Source: the human T2T-CHM13v2.0 reference genome, Homo sapiens
Direction: 5' to 3' (one strand)
Length of the DNA: 64,000 bases
Assembly: GCF_009914755.1 (NCBI RefSeq)
Contig: NC_060931.1
Each line of letters opens with the position of its first letter. Positions within the stretch are counted from its first letter, which is position 1. Below are positions 15,629 to 34,354 of this stretch, in pieces. The notes under the pieces were generated by a model. It saw only the letters and a program-made list of their open reading frames with translations. It was not told the DNA's origin and searched no databases. The translations under genes were made by a program, and so were the position numbers.

Positions 15629-16320
15629 TTCCACCTCTGGCCCCTCCCGAATCTCATTTCCTTCTCACATTGCAAAATGCAGTCATTCCTTCTCAACAGT
15701 CCCTCAAAGTCTGAACTAATTTTAGCATTAACTCAAAATTCTACAATCAAAATTCTCATCTGAGAAAAGGAAAGTCCCTTCCACCTATGAGCATGTAAAA
15801 TAAAAAACAAGTTAGTTACTTGCAAGATACAATGGAGGTACAGGCATTGAGTAAAGACTCTCATTCCAAAAGAGAGAAATCAGTCCAAACAAAGGGGTTG
15901 TAGTCCCCATGAAGGTCTGAAAGCCAGCAGTGCAGTCATTAAATTTTAAATCTCCAAAATAATCTCTTTTGACTCTGTGTCTCACATCCAGGGCATACCG
16001 GTGCAAGGGATGAGCTCCCAATGCCTTGGGAAGCTCTCTCCCTGAAGTTTTTCAGGGTACAGCTTCCACAGCTGCTCTCAAGTGCTAGTGCCTGTGGCTT
16101 TTCCAGGTTCATGGTACAGGCTGTCAGTGTATCTACCATTCTGGGGTCTGGAGGACTGTGGCCTTCTCACAGCTCCACTAGGCAGTGCTTCAGTGGGGAC
16201 TCTGTGTGAGGGCTCCAAACCCACATTTCACCTTCATACTCCTGTAGTAGAGGTTCTCCATGAGGGCTCTGCCTCTGTAGCAGGCTTCTACCTGGACATC
16301 CAGGCTTTCACATACATCTT
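15629..16320 (-). mobile_element. MST/THE1-type MaLR internal sequence, truncated
   Basis: TTCCACCTCTGGCCCCTCCC (PPT side) and AAAAACAAGTTAGTTACTT...GAGGTTCTCCATGAGGGCTC typical of MaLR-int. Confidence 0.8.
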
Positions 16321-20531
<4,211 letters not shown>

Positions 20532-20650
20532 TGAACAGGCTGTGAATATGGGATCAAATAGATTAAATGTGCAAAGGTCATACAGCTAGTGTATGACAGA
20601 ACTGGAACTGAAACGCAGGCCGTCTGTTCATTGCATTTCCTATTGGTGGT

Positions 20651-21037
20651 TGTATTGGTTATCTATTGCCAAAATAATGCTGTGTAACAAACTACCTCCA
20701 AATTCAGTGCCTCCAGAAACATTTCCTTAATTTTTCTCATGTGTCCAGGCTTGGCTGGGCTTGACTGACATAGCTCATTAGAGGCAGATCTGTTCCTTTT
20801 ACCTCCAGTCTAGCCCAGTCCTGTTCTCATGGGGATAGCAGGAGTGCAGGAAAACAAACAATTTTGCCAGTGCTTTTCCTTTTCAAACTTTGATCCTTAC
20901 TTCCTCTTAATGTCTCATTGATCAAAGCAAGTCACATGGCCAAAGCCAAAGTCAAAAGGCAGGAAAATTCAGTCCACCCATGTAGTAGGGGGGAAGGAGG
21001 GAATCAATACTTATTGATAATAACTGAATCTACTACA
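20651..21037 (-). mobile_element. Old MLT1 MaLR LTR
   Basis: TGTATTGGTTATCTATTGCC...TGTAACAAACTACC; AAAGCAAGTCACATGGCCAAAGCC; ...AATCTACTACA. Confidence 0.65.
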
Positions 21038-22986
21038 ATGCCTAAGTAGCAAGATATATAAATGACATGCAACTCCACTAAAATGTCTAATAATTAAGAA
21101 ATTAACTAACCTTAAGATTTCTCAATTAGTTACTTTTTGCTGAAGCGTAAGCAGTTTCCTCAGTTCTAACCACAAATTCTTACATAAAATATGTAAGCAT
21201 TAAAATCATATATTAATACAGTATTAAATATATTTCAATAATATGTCAAAATATTTCAATTTGATTTTATTTGCTTTCTTCTCATTCTCCTTTATAGTTT
21301 CTGAATTTTGTGCCATATGTATGGCAAATGCATTTGAGAAATGAAATGTTATAAAAAATAAAAGTTTACTAATTTATTTGAACCTTAAAACAGAGCACTA
21401 AAGTATCTTGCTCTGAGACCGTATCTATATTTAAATGGTAAAAATACACAGATCAGTTTTATTCCAAATTAGTATTCCTAGAGTTAAACTATATCCATAC
21501 TTTTTACATTTATAGCAGGGCATATTTTAAAAACACATGACTATAACATGCGAATGTAATCATTCCTTATGGGCCACTGAATAATAAGTATATCTAAGAA
21601 GAAAGCAAGGATATTTTAAAAGGTAAAAGGCTTGCAAATTTCTGTTTGAAAATTTTAAGCAAATTAAGATATGCTTGTCTGTGAAAAAAATGTAAAAGTT
21701 CAGCTGTATAAATCACTTAATATCCCATGCAAAGTAATAAAAAAAAAAACTTGGACTAAAACATGAAAGTTACTATTATACATTTATATGTATTGTGTTT
21801 ATATACACCTGTAAATCCAGTAGGAAATAGTCTACTACTAAATCTTTTCTTCTTGTTTACACTTCTACAGCCTATGGCTAAACGGATTTTTCACTTTTTG
21901 TTTGGACAATGTGGAAGTACCAGGTACCAGGACTCTCCCTTGTCATAACTCCCATGTAGGTGAATGAATTGAGCATGGTTAGTCTGTAACAGGCTCTAGT
22001 ATACATGCTTGGTGGGGTTAAAAAAATAGAGATCCACTGAAGGATTCTCAGCCATTAAACTTGGGACTTTACCCAGCACCTCTGTGCCCTACTCTAAAAG
22101 TATCCATAACTTAGCTCTGATCACAGTGCTTTCCTGCAAGCTGCAATTAGGTGGGATGTCTTAGCTGTCTTGCTAAAAATACACACTTTGAAAGATAGTC
22201 TTCAGCAGTCTGCGGGAGGATAAGAGAGGGTGAGGCACAAACCGTCTGTTTACCTTGCTCAGGAGCGCTGCTTGTGCTTATTTTCTGACCCCAGGTCCTG
22301 GCACTTGCCAGCACCAATCTTTCAATTCTGTTATGTCCTCCTAGGGAGAGACTAAAATTGCCCAGACCTGCTTTATGTTTAGATTACCTCTGAAGCCACT
22401 TAATTTGCAGTTGCCAATAGTTGCTTTGTCTTTCTCAATTATGCTCTAAATTGGTGTGAAAACATTAGGATTATTGTGCTAATTAAAATATCTTTTGCAC
22501 AGCTGTACTTTGCCAGGAGTGGGTGAAGGAAAGCCCCATGGGCAGCCCCAAAGCCCCTCCAGGGAGCAGGTTTGTCATCTCAGGTGGCCCAATGTGACAC
22601 CTTGAGGGGCTTCTCCAATGCACCTCACCCTCAACCACTACCTTGTCAGGTTGTCTGGGACCCTTGGTCTTTAAATATCACACAATATATACAAAACACC
22701 TTAGAAGATGAGACAAACCAGCATCTGGCCAAGTGAGTGTTTATTAAAATAAAATACAAGAAAAATAACTTATGCAAGCTATCTAATACTATAGAATCAG
22801 AAAGGTCATGAGATATTTTTACATAAGGTAATTCTATCAGCTTTGACAATACTACGTTTTAGGATAAGAAGCTAGCTAAAAACGTGAAAAAAGAAGAGAA
22901 CGAGAAAGAAGGAACAGGATGTGGATGATGCACTGTTTAATCTGTCATATACTTAAAGCTAAAAATCTTGAAGTCACAACCCTTCC

Positions 22987-23437
22987 TGTCAGGCCTCTGA
23001 GCCCAAGCTAAGCCATCATATCCCCTGTGACCTGCATGTATACATCCAGATGGCCTGAAGTAACTGAAGAATCACAAAAGAAGTGAAAATGGCCTGTTCC
23101 TGCCTTAACTGATGACATTCCACCATAAAAGAAGTGAAAATGGCCGGTCCCTGCCGTAACTGATGACATTACCTTGTGAAATTTCTTCTCCTGGCTCATC
23201 CTGGCTCAAAAGCTCCCCCGCTGAGCACCTTGTGACCCCCTCCCCTGCCTGCCAGAGAACAACCCCCTTTGACTGTAATTTTCCACTACCCACTCAAATC
23301 TTATAAAACGGCCCCACCTCTATCTCCCTTCGCTGACTCTCTTTTTGGACTGAGCCTGCCTGCACCCAGGTGATTAAAAAGCGTTATTGCTCACACAAAG
23401 CCTGTTTGGTGGTCTCTTCACACAGACGCGAGTGAAA
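22987..23437 (+). mobile_element. LTR7 (HERV-H) solo LTR
   Basis: TGTCAGGCCTCTGAGCCCAAGCTAAGCCATCAT...GGTCTCTTCACACAGACGCGAGTGAAA; perfect 5-bp TSD CTTCC. Confidence 0.95.
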
Positions 23438-24028
23438 CTTCCTATGCCTCTTTTGCCATATCCAGGATGTTTCCAGAGCCTACTTTCCAAATAACATTCT
23501 CTTCTGCCATAAGCTTAACTGAGGCTCTCAGCATTTCTTACTTCGATATTACAGTGACTTCCCAGGTTCTCTTTCATTTACTATGTCCCCCTACTAATAG
23601 GTATAATTTTTCTAAAACCATATCTGGTTACAGATGGTTCACTTTCCTGTTTCAATTAATACCCAATATACTCAGGATAAATTTGACCTCAGCATGGTAA
23701 ACATATCTCTTCATAGCCTGACCCCTACGCCGGTTTCACCACTCCTACCTTGATTCTACCTCCTTGCTTCTGATTGGAACATTCCATTACGCTCCATCTC
23801 TATGCCAGTTAAGTGTTTATCCCTATGCTTGGTTAAACAGAGAATTTGTGAAGGATTCTGTTTCTTATTCCCTTATAGGTACAGAGGGGATACTCAATAC
23901 ATAGCTACTCCCATCAATCAATTTGGAATTATGGTATAATTCTAATCAAACTTTAAAAGAAGTCTTACAAGTGTAGAATTTTGAGATAAATGAGCGTATT
24001 TATGGAAGCTAAAGTGATTCCTGACTCC

Positions 24029-24455
24029 ATTATAGTTTGGATGTCTCCTCCAAATCTTATGTTGAAATGTGATCTCCAGTGTTGGAGGTGGGGCCTGGTG
24101 GGAGATGTTTGTATCTTGGGGGTAGATCTCTCATGAATGGCTTGTGCCATCTCCTTGGTGATAAGTGAGCTCTCACTCTTGAGTTCACATGAGATCTAGA
24201 TCTGGTTGTTTGAAAGTCTGTGGCACCTCCCCTCCCCACTCTCTCACTTCCTCCTGCTTTTGCCATGTGAAACACCTGTTCCCACTTTGCCTTCTGCCAC
24301 GAGTAAAAGCTCCCTAAGGCCTCCCCAGAAGCTGAGCAGATGGCAGCACCATGCCTGTACAGCCTGCAGAAGCATGAGCCAATTAAAATTCTTTTCTTTA
24401 TAAATTACCCCGTCTCAGGTATTTCTTTATAGCAATGCAGAAATGGCCTAATGCA
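24029..24455 (+). mobile_element. MSTB MaLR solo LTR
   Basis: TATAGTTTGGATGTC...CCAAATCTTATGTTGAAATGTGATC...CTTTATAGCAATGCAGAAATGGCCTAATGCA. Confidence 0.82.
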
Positions 24456-24583
24456 CCCCAATAGGTAAAAATATACTTAAAATTTTCTATTAAGAAGCAG
24501 CTGGTATTTAAATTAAATTAGATCTGGCCCATGGGAAGGAAGAGGGAAAGTGCAGTCTTATATACAACAGAGAAAACATGTTA

Positions 24584-24897
<314 letters not shown>

Positions 24898-27032
24898 GTA
24901 ATGGCATTTTTTATTGTGATTTATAAAATAAGTTTTCATCCCTGATAAATCATAGCTATGGATTTCATTAATTTAAGAGCAAATTTTTAATGGGAAGTGA
25001 ATTAAAGAGTCAGCTTAAATATTTACATATTTAATTTTAAATTAACCTACTTAATCTCTGTGTGAAAATTTTGCATCACTATTTCATTGGCCAATAAAGA
25101 GAGAATTCAAAGATGGATGAATACAAAAAGATAAGATTAAATCTGAATTTATCTGTATACCAACATGGACTGATCCCAGGGGAGTGGATCATTCACTAAT
25201 CAGTAGTAATGGATCACCTTAGTGTCCAACTGGTTGGCACCACATCTAGGTCAGTACATTCCACAGAGAAGACACAGGAGGGAGCAGGGAGAGTTAAAAG
25301 GCCTTCAACAGAGGAAAGCCTCTAGCAAGAAAGAGAAGAAAGCGATTATGGGACTCTAAAAGGCACCATCAGATAGGGGAATACATATCCTGTTGTTTCT
25401 GAACAATGGCAGGCTTTCTTTTCAGGGTCTCATTCGTTTCTATTCCACATATTCATTGATATTAAAACCTGCACTTACACTCATTTCCTTCAAATTCATA
25501 ATTTTGTTTTCATTTCAAAGTTTGGTCTCCTAAGGACTTTACTACGTGAATACAGAATACAGAAGACTCTAACAATGTATGAGGGTTTGAATTTCAGACT
25601 TATTCAGTCAGTTTACATTTCTTCATTCTTTTCATCTCCACTTTTCCAATTTCCTCCTAGTCTCATAAGGAGAATAAGAAATGCAGTGGTGTTAAGAAGA
25701 GTATTCTATAATGCCTAGTAAATGCCAGGCATGCAGATGTAGCCGAGTTTGAAAACATTTTAATGGGTTGTTTAAAAGTTTTGTTCTGATACAGCCACAG
25801 CTTGGGGTTATGAAGCTCTTCCACTAATCAGATTATATCAAAAACTGAAAGTTGCAAAACTGTTTCTAAATTTATGTCACATACTCCCATTAAAGAGAAA
25901 AGAATTATTGTGGAAATGATATCTATCATTAATTTGCTTAAATAATAGAAACGGGCAAAACCTTGTGTTTATAGCTCTTACACAAATATAAAACTTAAAC
26001 GAATCTATACATTAATATAAAGCAAGCCATAAAGCAATAATGTTAATTTAACATGATGGATGATATTGCTTGCTGAAAGTCAATTACAGATATTGGGTGT
26101 AGAGTAGGAAGATGTAGCTTCGGATATTGTCCCCTGTTTGATCTGTTTCTATGCATCTGTTCACATAAATGTTGTATTTCCACAATTCACTAGTATTGGT
26201 GCCTTTGAGATGCTTATAATGTTGTTACTTCAAGATAACCAAATCCACTGAGTAATCAAAAAGGCCAATTTGAATGAGGTGGTACGAGGCAACTCTGAAA
26301 AGCTGTTCTTTTGTTTAGTTGAAGATAAATTTGCATGTAGTGTTAATTAAACTTACTTTGATTAGTGATCTAAATTATTACCACATTTGAGAACAGAAAA
26401 ATATTTTTGGTGCTAATAAAGTGAAGTGATTTGGCAATTCATCCTGTAGAATGAGTATGGTAATCATTCATCTGGGTTCAATTTCCCTGTAATATCATGT
26501 ACATTGTGATAAATCAATTTTCCTGTCATGAACCTTAGTTCATTTGGTGTACCTTAAAGTCATTAGCTTTTCACTTGGCACAGCCTCAAGAGCGACCCCC
26601 ATAATAACTAAAATTATAAACATGGGCAATAATATTGTAATGCAAAATTATAAGATACAGGACTTAGTTACATCAATAAAATAAAAGTGCAAAGATTAAC
26701 AAAAAAAACCTTAGAAATGAGAAATGACAACCTTCAGATCACATTTTACAATAAGCAGACTTCCAAATTAATCAATCTTGGGGAGGCCTTGTGACTCTAT
26801 GGTGACATTCTGTCTCTCAGTAAATAATAAATTCCTCAAATGGTTATACTGATCAATGTATAACCTGCAGACACTAAATAGGATGCTGATTTATTTTAAG
26901 ATTTGCTGAAGCATGAAGTTCTGCTGATGGTCCTACATGTAGACATTTTTAACTCATATGATGTTGTCTGTAGCCGATGATTATGCCTTTTGTATTGTAC
27001 TCTCTAATGAAGAGGGGACAACTACATTATGA

Positions 27033-27371
<339 letters not shown>

Positions 27372-27473
27372 TAAATATCTTTCACCTTGTGACAGGCTGT
27401 GGAACACCCCCAGCTCTGCTGGTGTGTCTTCCTGGGTCAATCCTCACATTTGGCTTCCAATAAACCTTTATGT

Positions 27474-27767
27474 GGCCGGGTGTGGTGGCTCACACCTGTA
27501 ATCCCAGCACTTTGGGAGGCCGAGGTGGGTGGATAACTTGAGGTCAGAAGTTCGAGAACAGCCTGGTCAACATGGCAAAACCCTGTCTCTACTAAAAGTA
27601 CACAAAAATTAGCCGGGCATGGTGATATGTGCCAGTAATCCCAGTTACTTAGGAGGCTGAGGCAGGAGAATTGCTTGAACCAGGAGGCGGAGGTTGCAGT
27701 GAGCTGAAATTGCTCCACTGCACTCTGCCTGGGCGACAGAGTGGGACTCCATCTCAAGAAAATAAAA

Positions 27768-27802
<35 letters not shown>

Positions 27803-27803
27803 A
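27474..27803 (+). mobile_element. AluS (Sx-like) SINE with (TAAA)n tail
   Basis: Full Alu; TSD AATAAA(C/T)CTTTATG. Confidence 0.9.
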
Positions 27804-28690
27804 TCTTTATGAAATTATTTCTATCTCAACAGCCTTAATTTCAGTTGACAGTAACTATTGGATCCCCAGGAATATGTTTGCATATTTGGGGAGAAAATAC
27901 TATTGGAGGGGAACAGAAATGCTACTAAGGTAAGTTTTTGTGATATACACATATACATTATATAAAAATATATCAATATATACAAATATTATCATTATTA
28001 TAAAAATATATGATTATATAAAATATATACGATTTTTCTAGTGAGAAGTAGGCTTGCTGTAACTTGCCCTGAAAAAGACATTTTCTTTCATGGAAAAACA
28101 GCTACATGATTTGACTGTGGCAAACTGACCTTTCTTTATCTGGAGAAGAGAAAAACAACTCTGAAGACATGGCAACTAAAATCCTTTGAAGACTTATTCA
28201 GTTAACGAGTTGTAAAAGAGGACAGTTAGAGAAATGAATCCAAGCATAGCTGATTGTCAAGTAATGCCAGCTTCAGAGGAGCCCTGGAGTTTAAGTGATA
28301 AAAAAAGACATGATAAGAAATGGTAGGCTCATCATTTTAAGTGGTAACCACTGATAGTTCCCACGAAGAAAAGTCAAAATCAGACAGAAAAATCTGTTTG
28401 GACCTCTAAGAGCTTTCCTAGGAAGTATTTGATTCCAAGCCAAATGATTAGGCTGCCTTTGTTCTACTTTAATTTGAGAATAAATCAAGAATTGAAAAAG
28501 CAATAATTCACAATCTTAGGCATTTAATGACCAGTTAGTTAATAGTGGCTAATCTAATTATTTTTCTACTAGACAAAATTTGATAAAATGCTGCTTTAAT
28601 TTCTTCTTCAATGTGATGACTATGGTAATTTAAAGTTTAGTTCAGACAGATTGAATTACATAGAAATGGGCACAAGTAACGTAAACTACA

Positions 28691-29060
28691 TGATTTATGA
28701 TTTGGCTCTGTGTCCCCACCCAAATCTCATCTCAAATTGTAATCCCTATGTGTCAAGGGAGGGACCTGGTGAGAGATGATTGGATCCTGGAGGCGGATTT
28801 TCCCCTTTCTGTTCTCGTGATAGTGAGTTCTCACAAGATCTGGTCGTGTGATAAGTATCTGGTGTTTCCACTGCTCCCTCTCTCTCTCCTGCTGCCTTGT
28901 GAAAAAGGTGCTTGCTTCTCCTTTGCCTTCCGCCATGATTGTAAGTTTCCTGAGGCCTCCTGAGCCATGCAGAACTGTGAGTCAATTAAATCTCTTTTAT
29001 TTATAAATTACCCACTCTCAGGCAGTATCTTTATAAGCAGTGTGAAAATGGACTAATACA
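28691..29060 (+). mobile_element. THE1D/MSTA MaLR solo LTR
   Basis: TTTGGCTCTGTGTCCCCACCCAAATCTCATCTC...GTGAAAATGGACTAATACA; TSD CTACA/CTATA. Confidence 0.85.
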
Positions 29061-29669
29061 CTATAAGACTGTTGCATTAGATGTCTATTCCTTCTGAAGA
29101 CTGAGGGAATGAAAAGAAATGAATATAAACTATAATTTCAAAGATGTGATAAGAATTGATTACTGGTTCCATATACAGTAGGCAAGAAGGAATAGGTTTT
29201 TTTGCTCTTCAATTTTGATACTTTTTGAATAAGTTTATGTCACAGGCAAAAGGGCTGTTATAGAGTTACCAAGAGTAGGAAGATTACAGTGAAACATGGG
29301 ATAGGTAGAAGATTAGTTGATACATTTAGGGAATGTTTCTCAGAGCATATTGTGTGAGAGGCCAAAACACAAGACAAAATGAAAAAAAATCAAGAAATCT
29401 ATTCTGTACTCAAAAAGTTTGGGAAATAGTGTATGCTATATCAAGCTCTTGGAAGCTCACAATGAGCATTAGCTAACATGATTTCTGGTAAGTTCTACAG
29501 TAAGGAAACGTCTTGAATGTTTTTAAAATCAGTTTCTCAGATTTATTTGGATGTCAAACTTTTTTATTCCCAAGTGCTGATTTAGGGAGAAGCAGCAACA
29601 GGTTCACAAAAAATCCAAGAGGAAAGGAATTAAATCAGTTTTCAACTTAAAAGTTTGTTAAGTTAATAG

Positions 29670-30113
<444 letters not shown>

Positions 30114-30284
30114 TCTGAATTACTTTTGTTTAAACTGAACTGAAATATTTTGATTACAAATTAAAGTCAAAATTAAGGTGATGATAGACCCAAGTAAAAG
30201 TGGTACACTTTCAGTAGCCTTAATGGTAATGATTAACTTAAGACAACACATTATTTTTCAGTTTTTTATTTTTCAAAAGTATGG

Positions 30285-30921
30285 GTTTATGGTCTGAATT
30301 AAGTCTCCCTAAAAGATATGTTGAAATCCTAACCCCTAGTACCTCAGTATGTGACCTTATTTGGGAATGGGATTGTTGCAGACGTAATTAGTTAAGATGA
30401 GGTCACACAGGAGGTCACACAGGTTGAGGGCACTTTCTGGCTGATAGACTATGTCTTTTTGCTGTGTCCTCACATGCTGGAAGGGATGAACCTGTTCTCC
30501 GGGATCTCTTTCAGATGGGCACTAGTCCCAATCATGAGGGCTTTGCTCTCATGACCTAATCACTTCCCAGAGGCCCTACCTGCTAATACTATCACATTGG
30601 GGACTAAGATTTCAATATATGAATTTTGTGGGGACACAAACATTCAGCACAGCAACAGACAGAGAGAAGATGACCATGTGATGAAGAAGGCAGAGATTGG
30701 AGTGATACATCTACAAACTAAGGTACACCAGTGATTGCTGGTAAATACCGGAGGCTAGAGGAGGCAGAAAGGATTCTCCCCTGCAGGCTTTAGAGAGAGC
30801 ATGGCGCTACTGACACCTAAATTTCAGACTATTAACCTCTAATAGTGTCAGATAGTAATTTTTGGTGTTTTAAGCCACCCAGTTTGAGTCACTTTTTCTA
30901 AGAGCCCTGACAAACTAATAC
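30285..30921 (+). mobile_element. MLT1C MaLR LTR containing an antisense MLT1A-type fragment (about 30423-30654)
   Basis: CCTAACCCCTAGTACCTCAG...GATGAGGTCA 5' part; GGCAGAGATTGGAGTGAT...AAACTAATACA 3' part; inner GGGGACACAAACATTCAG. Confidence 0.72.
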
Positions 30922-30928
30922 ATATAGA

Positions 30929-31130
30929 CTAGAGCTGTAGAATTCAATACAGTAACCACTAGCTACGTGTGATAACTTCATTTTAAATTAGTCAAAATTA
31001 AATAGAATTTAAGATTTAGCTCCTCAGGTAGACTACCTCTAGTCCAGCTGTTCAGCTACCACATATGTTTAGCGGACATTAAATAGTGCAAATGACATTT
31101 GTCATTACATAATATTCTGGATAGAAGTGG
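30929..31130. mobile_element. MER3-like hAT-Charlie fossil
   Basis: AATACAGTAACCACTAGCTACGTGTG...AAAATTAAATAGAATTTAAGATTTAGCTCCTCAG. Confidence 0.6.
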
Positions 31131-32604
31131 TATAAAGTCGATTTTCAAATTATCTATCAACATTTAACTGGTGTAGTGAGTGGGCCTATTCAAGAAAGTT
31201 TGGTAATGGAAAACAAAGTGGCTTTGTATAAAGACCATTTTGAATAGCTAACTTCAGCCACTCACCTTTTCTATTTTGAGTTTTGATCTCATTAAACTAT
31301 GTGGGTGCAGGTTGACCCCTAACAGAATTCCTTAACATTAAGATACCCATATTATCTCAAATATGTAATTTGTGTGGTAAAGTCAAAAATCTGGAATTTA
31401 TTTTATCTTCATATGGTACCCATGTTAAGGTACCTATATTTCCTCAAATATATAATTGGTGTGGTAAAGTTGAAAAATCTGAAATGTATTTATCTTCATA
31501 AAATTCACCTCATTGCTTCAACAGAAAGTTTTCTTCACTCAAACTATTTTCATTTTTTTTCAGAGGCTAATGATTTCTAACACAAAGAATGATACCAGGG
31601 ATGTGTCTCTTTACTATGTTGTGCTTTAATTGGAGAAGGAACACACTGAACATTTAAACTACCAACAGTGGTTCCTTAGAAGGACACTATTTCCCTCGGA
31701 CATTGTATCTAAATTGCCTGATTTGCACACAGCTTCCAAAGTAATATAAGATTATCTGGACTAAAAAAAAATAATTCATTTGCCTAAGAAAGCCAAATAC
31801 CTTGTTATCTGTGTTATCTATTTTATGCCCTAAAAAGCAAAACATTGATAAGCACATTTGGAGTTATTTATAGATCATCTAGAAATACAATTAGGAATTC
31901 ATGCTTCCAAAATGAAAATAAATACCCTATAAACTTAATGGAAATGTAGTTACCCATTTATGATACACCATTTATAATGCATTGAAAATTGATTTTGTAC
32001 TCCTGAATATCATTGGTCAAATATTTTAAACTCTCATCTCAAAACATGTTCCATGAAATTAAGGAAATTGGCTCTGAGTATAGTTGCTCTCCAAGGCCTC
32101 TGTCTCAGCTCTCAGAAAGGCCTGGAGACAGAGTGTCTGTGATTAGATGTTTGCAGAGAGCTAATTTTCTGAGTAACAAAGTAGACAGACTCAGAAGAAA
32201 AAATTAAAATGGCAGGGGAGGGGGCTGATTTAGCAATCTGTGTACAAATTGTAAGAAAGGTTAAAATTAGGCATAGACAAAATAGAGCTCCTCCCAAGAG
32301 ACAATAAAAAAGCAATGACAATGAGATTATATAACATAGTCCAAGGATAAAACTAAGAGGATGCTCCCTCTTTCTCTTTTTGGATGCTCTTTTCCCCTGC
32401 CTAGTGACACAGCCCTGAACTTTCTGAGGGACATATAATGTTGCCAAACAAGAATGGTGAAATGGAGTGTTATTCCTGTCTCTTACTAACTGTATGGCAG
32501 GGGAAGTCTCAGTGGCTTTATCCATGAGTTGTAGATAATAATAATAATGATAATAACAATTATCACACAGGGTCTTGGTTGGAATTAAAAGAAGGAATTA
32601 AAAG

Positions 32605-32979
32605 TGCTGTAAATGGAATTGTGTTCCCTCCAAATCCATATGTTGAAGCCCTAACCTTCAATGTGACTGAATGCGGACATAGGGCGTTTGTAGAAGCAAT
32701 GAAGATTAAATGAGGCCATAAGAGCAGGGTTCTGATCTGATAGGATTAGTGTCCTTATAAGGAGAGACACTGAGGAGCTCAATCTTTTTCCACCATGTGA
32801 GGACCCAGAGAGAAGATGACTGTCTGCAAACCAGAAAGAGCGGCTTCGCCAGAAACCAACTCTACTGGACCTTGATCTGGGGCCTCTAGCCTCCAGAACA
32901 GTGAGAAAAAAAAATTACTGTTGTTTAAGCCACTCAATCTATGGTATTTTTGTTAGGGCAGCCTGAGCCGACTAATACA
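32605..32979 (+). mobile_element. MLT1A-type MaLR LTR
   Basis: AATTGTGTTCCCTCCAAATCCATATGTTGAAGCCCTAACC...GCCTGAGCCGACTAATACA. Confidence 0.78.
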
Positions 32980-33863
32980 ATAAGGTAGGTAATCAAGGTG
33001 TCGTGTCAGACTTGCTTGTTTTTTATTCCTAGAGCATTCCTAGTGTCTGCTTCTGTTATATAGCAGGTGCTCAACAAATCATTGCTGATTTATTTATTTA
33101 AATACTTACGGATTTAAATTCCCTTTGAGTAGAGCTGACTTCAGAAGCTTTCTCTGGGTTCTGCATTGGATTGTATAAGATGGGCAGCGTGCAAATTCAG
33201 TGCAGTGCTAGCTCCTTATGTCTTTTTCCCCTTTCAATCCTATGTTGCTTTTCTGTCAATGTGGATGTTTAGAGAATGCAGCTTGGTATCCAGACTGCCT
33301 GAGTCCAAATCCTCACTCTACCCCTATGGCCTTGGGAAATACAGTCAGTTCTCCTGTGTCCCATTTATAGCATATAGAAAAATGGAGATAATAACAGTGC
33401 CTACCTCATCAGATTGCTATGAGAACTAATTATGCTTAGAAGATAACTTGTAAACTCTCAATAATGTTGGTAGCTATCAATTATTCTTAAGCATGCTTTA
33501 ACCGTGAGACTTTATGTCCTTTTTATCTTTTGTATCTTCAACTTCTATACTGGGTTGCATTCTTTCTCACCAGCATTTATATTCACACAAATCTCCCGAT
33601 TTAGGATATAGAAATTCTTCCTTGACTCCACACACATGTTGAGCTACAGGCCCCATCCTTTTTTTCCACTATATAATCAAAATTTCAAACAAGTCATTTA
33701 TGCCATTGTCACCATTTTCTCAGGTCACACTCCTCAATATATTTCTGTACTTTGCCTTTCTGAATATCCTGAAATATAATGGTCATTGACCTTGGTCTTA
33801 TTTTAATTTTATGCCAAATTTGATGATAATGAACACATGCCCCTCCTCTTCCTCCTCTCCTCT

Positions 33864-34227
33864 TGCTGTGGTCTGAATGTTTGTGTCCTTCAAACTTCAT
33901 ATGTAGAAATCCTAGTCCCCAGTGTGATGGTACTAGGAGGTGGCCTATGGAAGGTGATTAGATCACAAGGGAGAACCCCTCATGAATGAGATTAGCGCCC
34001 TTATAAAAGAAGCCTGAGAGAGCTTGCTTGTCTCTTTCACCATGTGAGGACACAGCGAGAAAGTGCCATCTATAAATCAGGAAATAGGCCTTCACCAGAT
34101 ACCAAATCTGCCAGCGCCTTGATCTTGAACTTCACAGCCTTCAGAGCTACAAGAAATACATTTTTGTTATTTTGTTAAGCTACTCAGTTTGTGGAATTTT
34201 GTTACAGCAGCCCATAAGGACTAAGAT
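33864..34227 (+). mobile_element. MLT1A0 MaLR LTR
   Basis: TGCTGTGGTCTGAATGTTTGTGTCC...CCATGTGAGGACACAGC...GACTAAGA. Confidence 0.8.
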
Positions 34228-34354
34228 GCTTCCATTGTCAGTGACACTACATTCTATTGGTCTTGCCCATCTGACTGTATTTATTACTGTATTTCTTGCA
34301 GGCTTCCTGTTTTCTCTTACTTTGGGAAATTCTCAAGTCTCTGAGTCAACCTTC

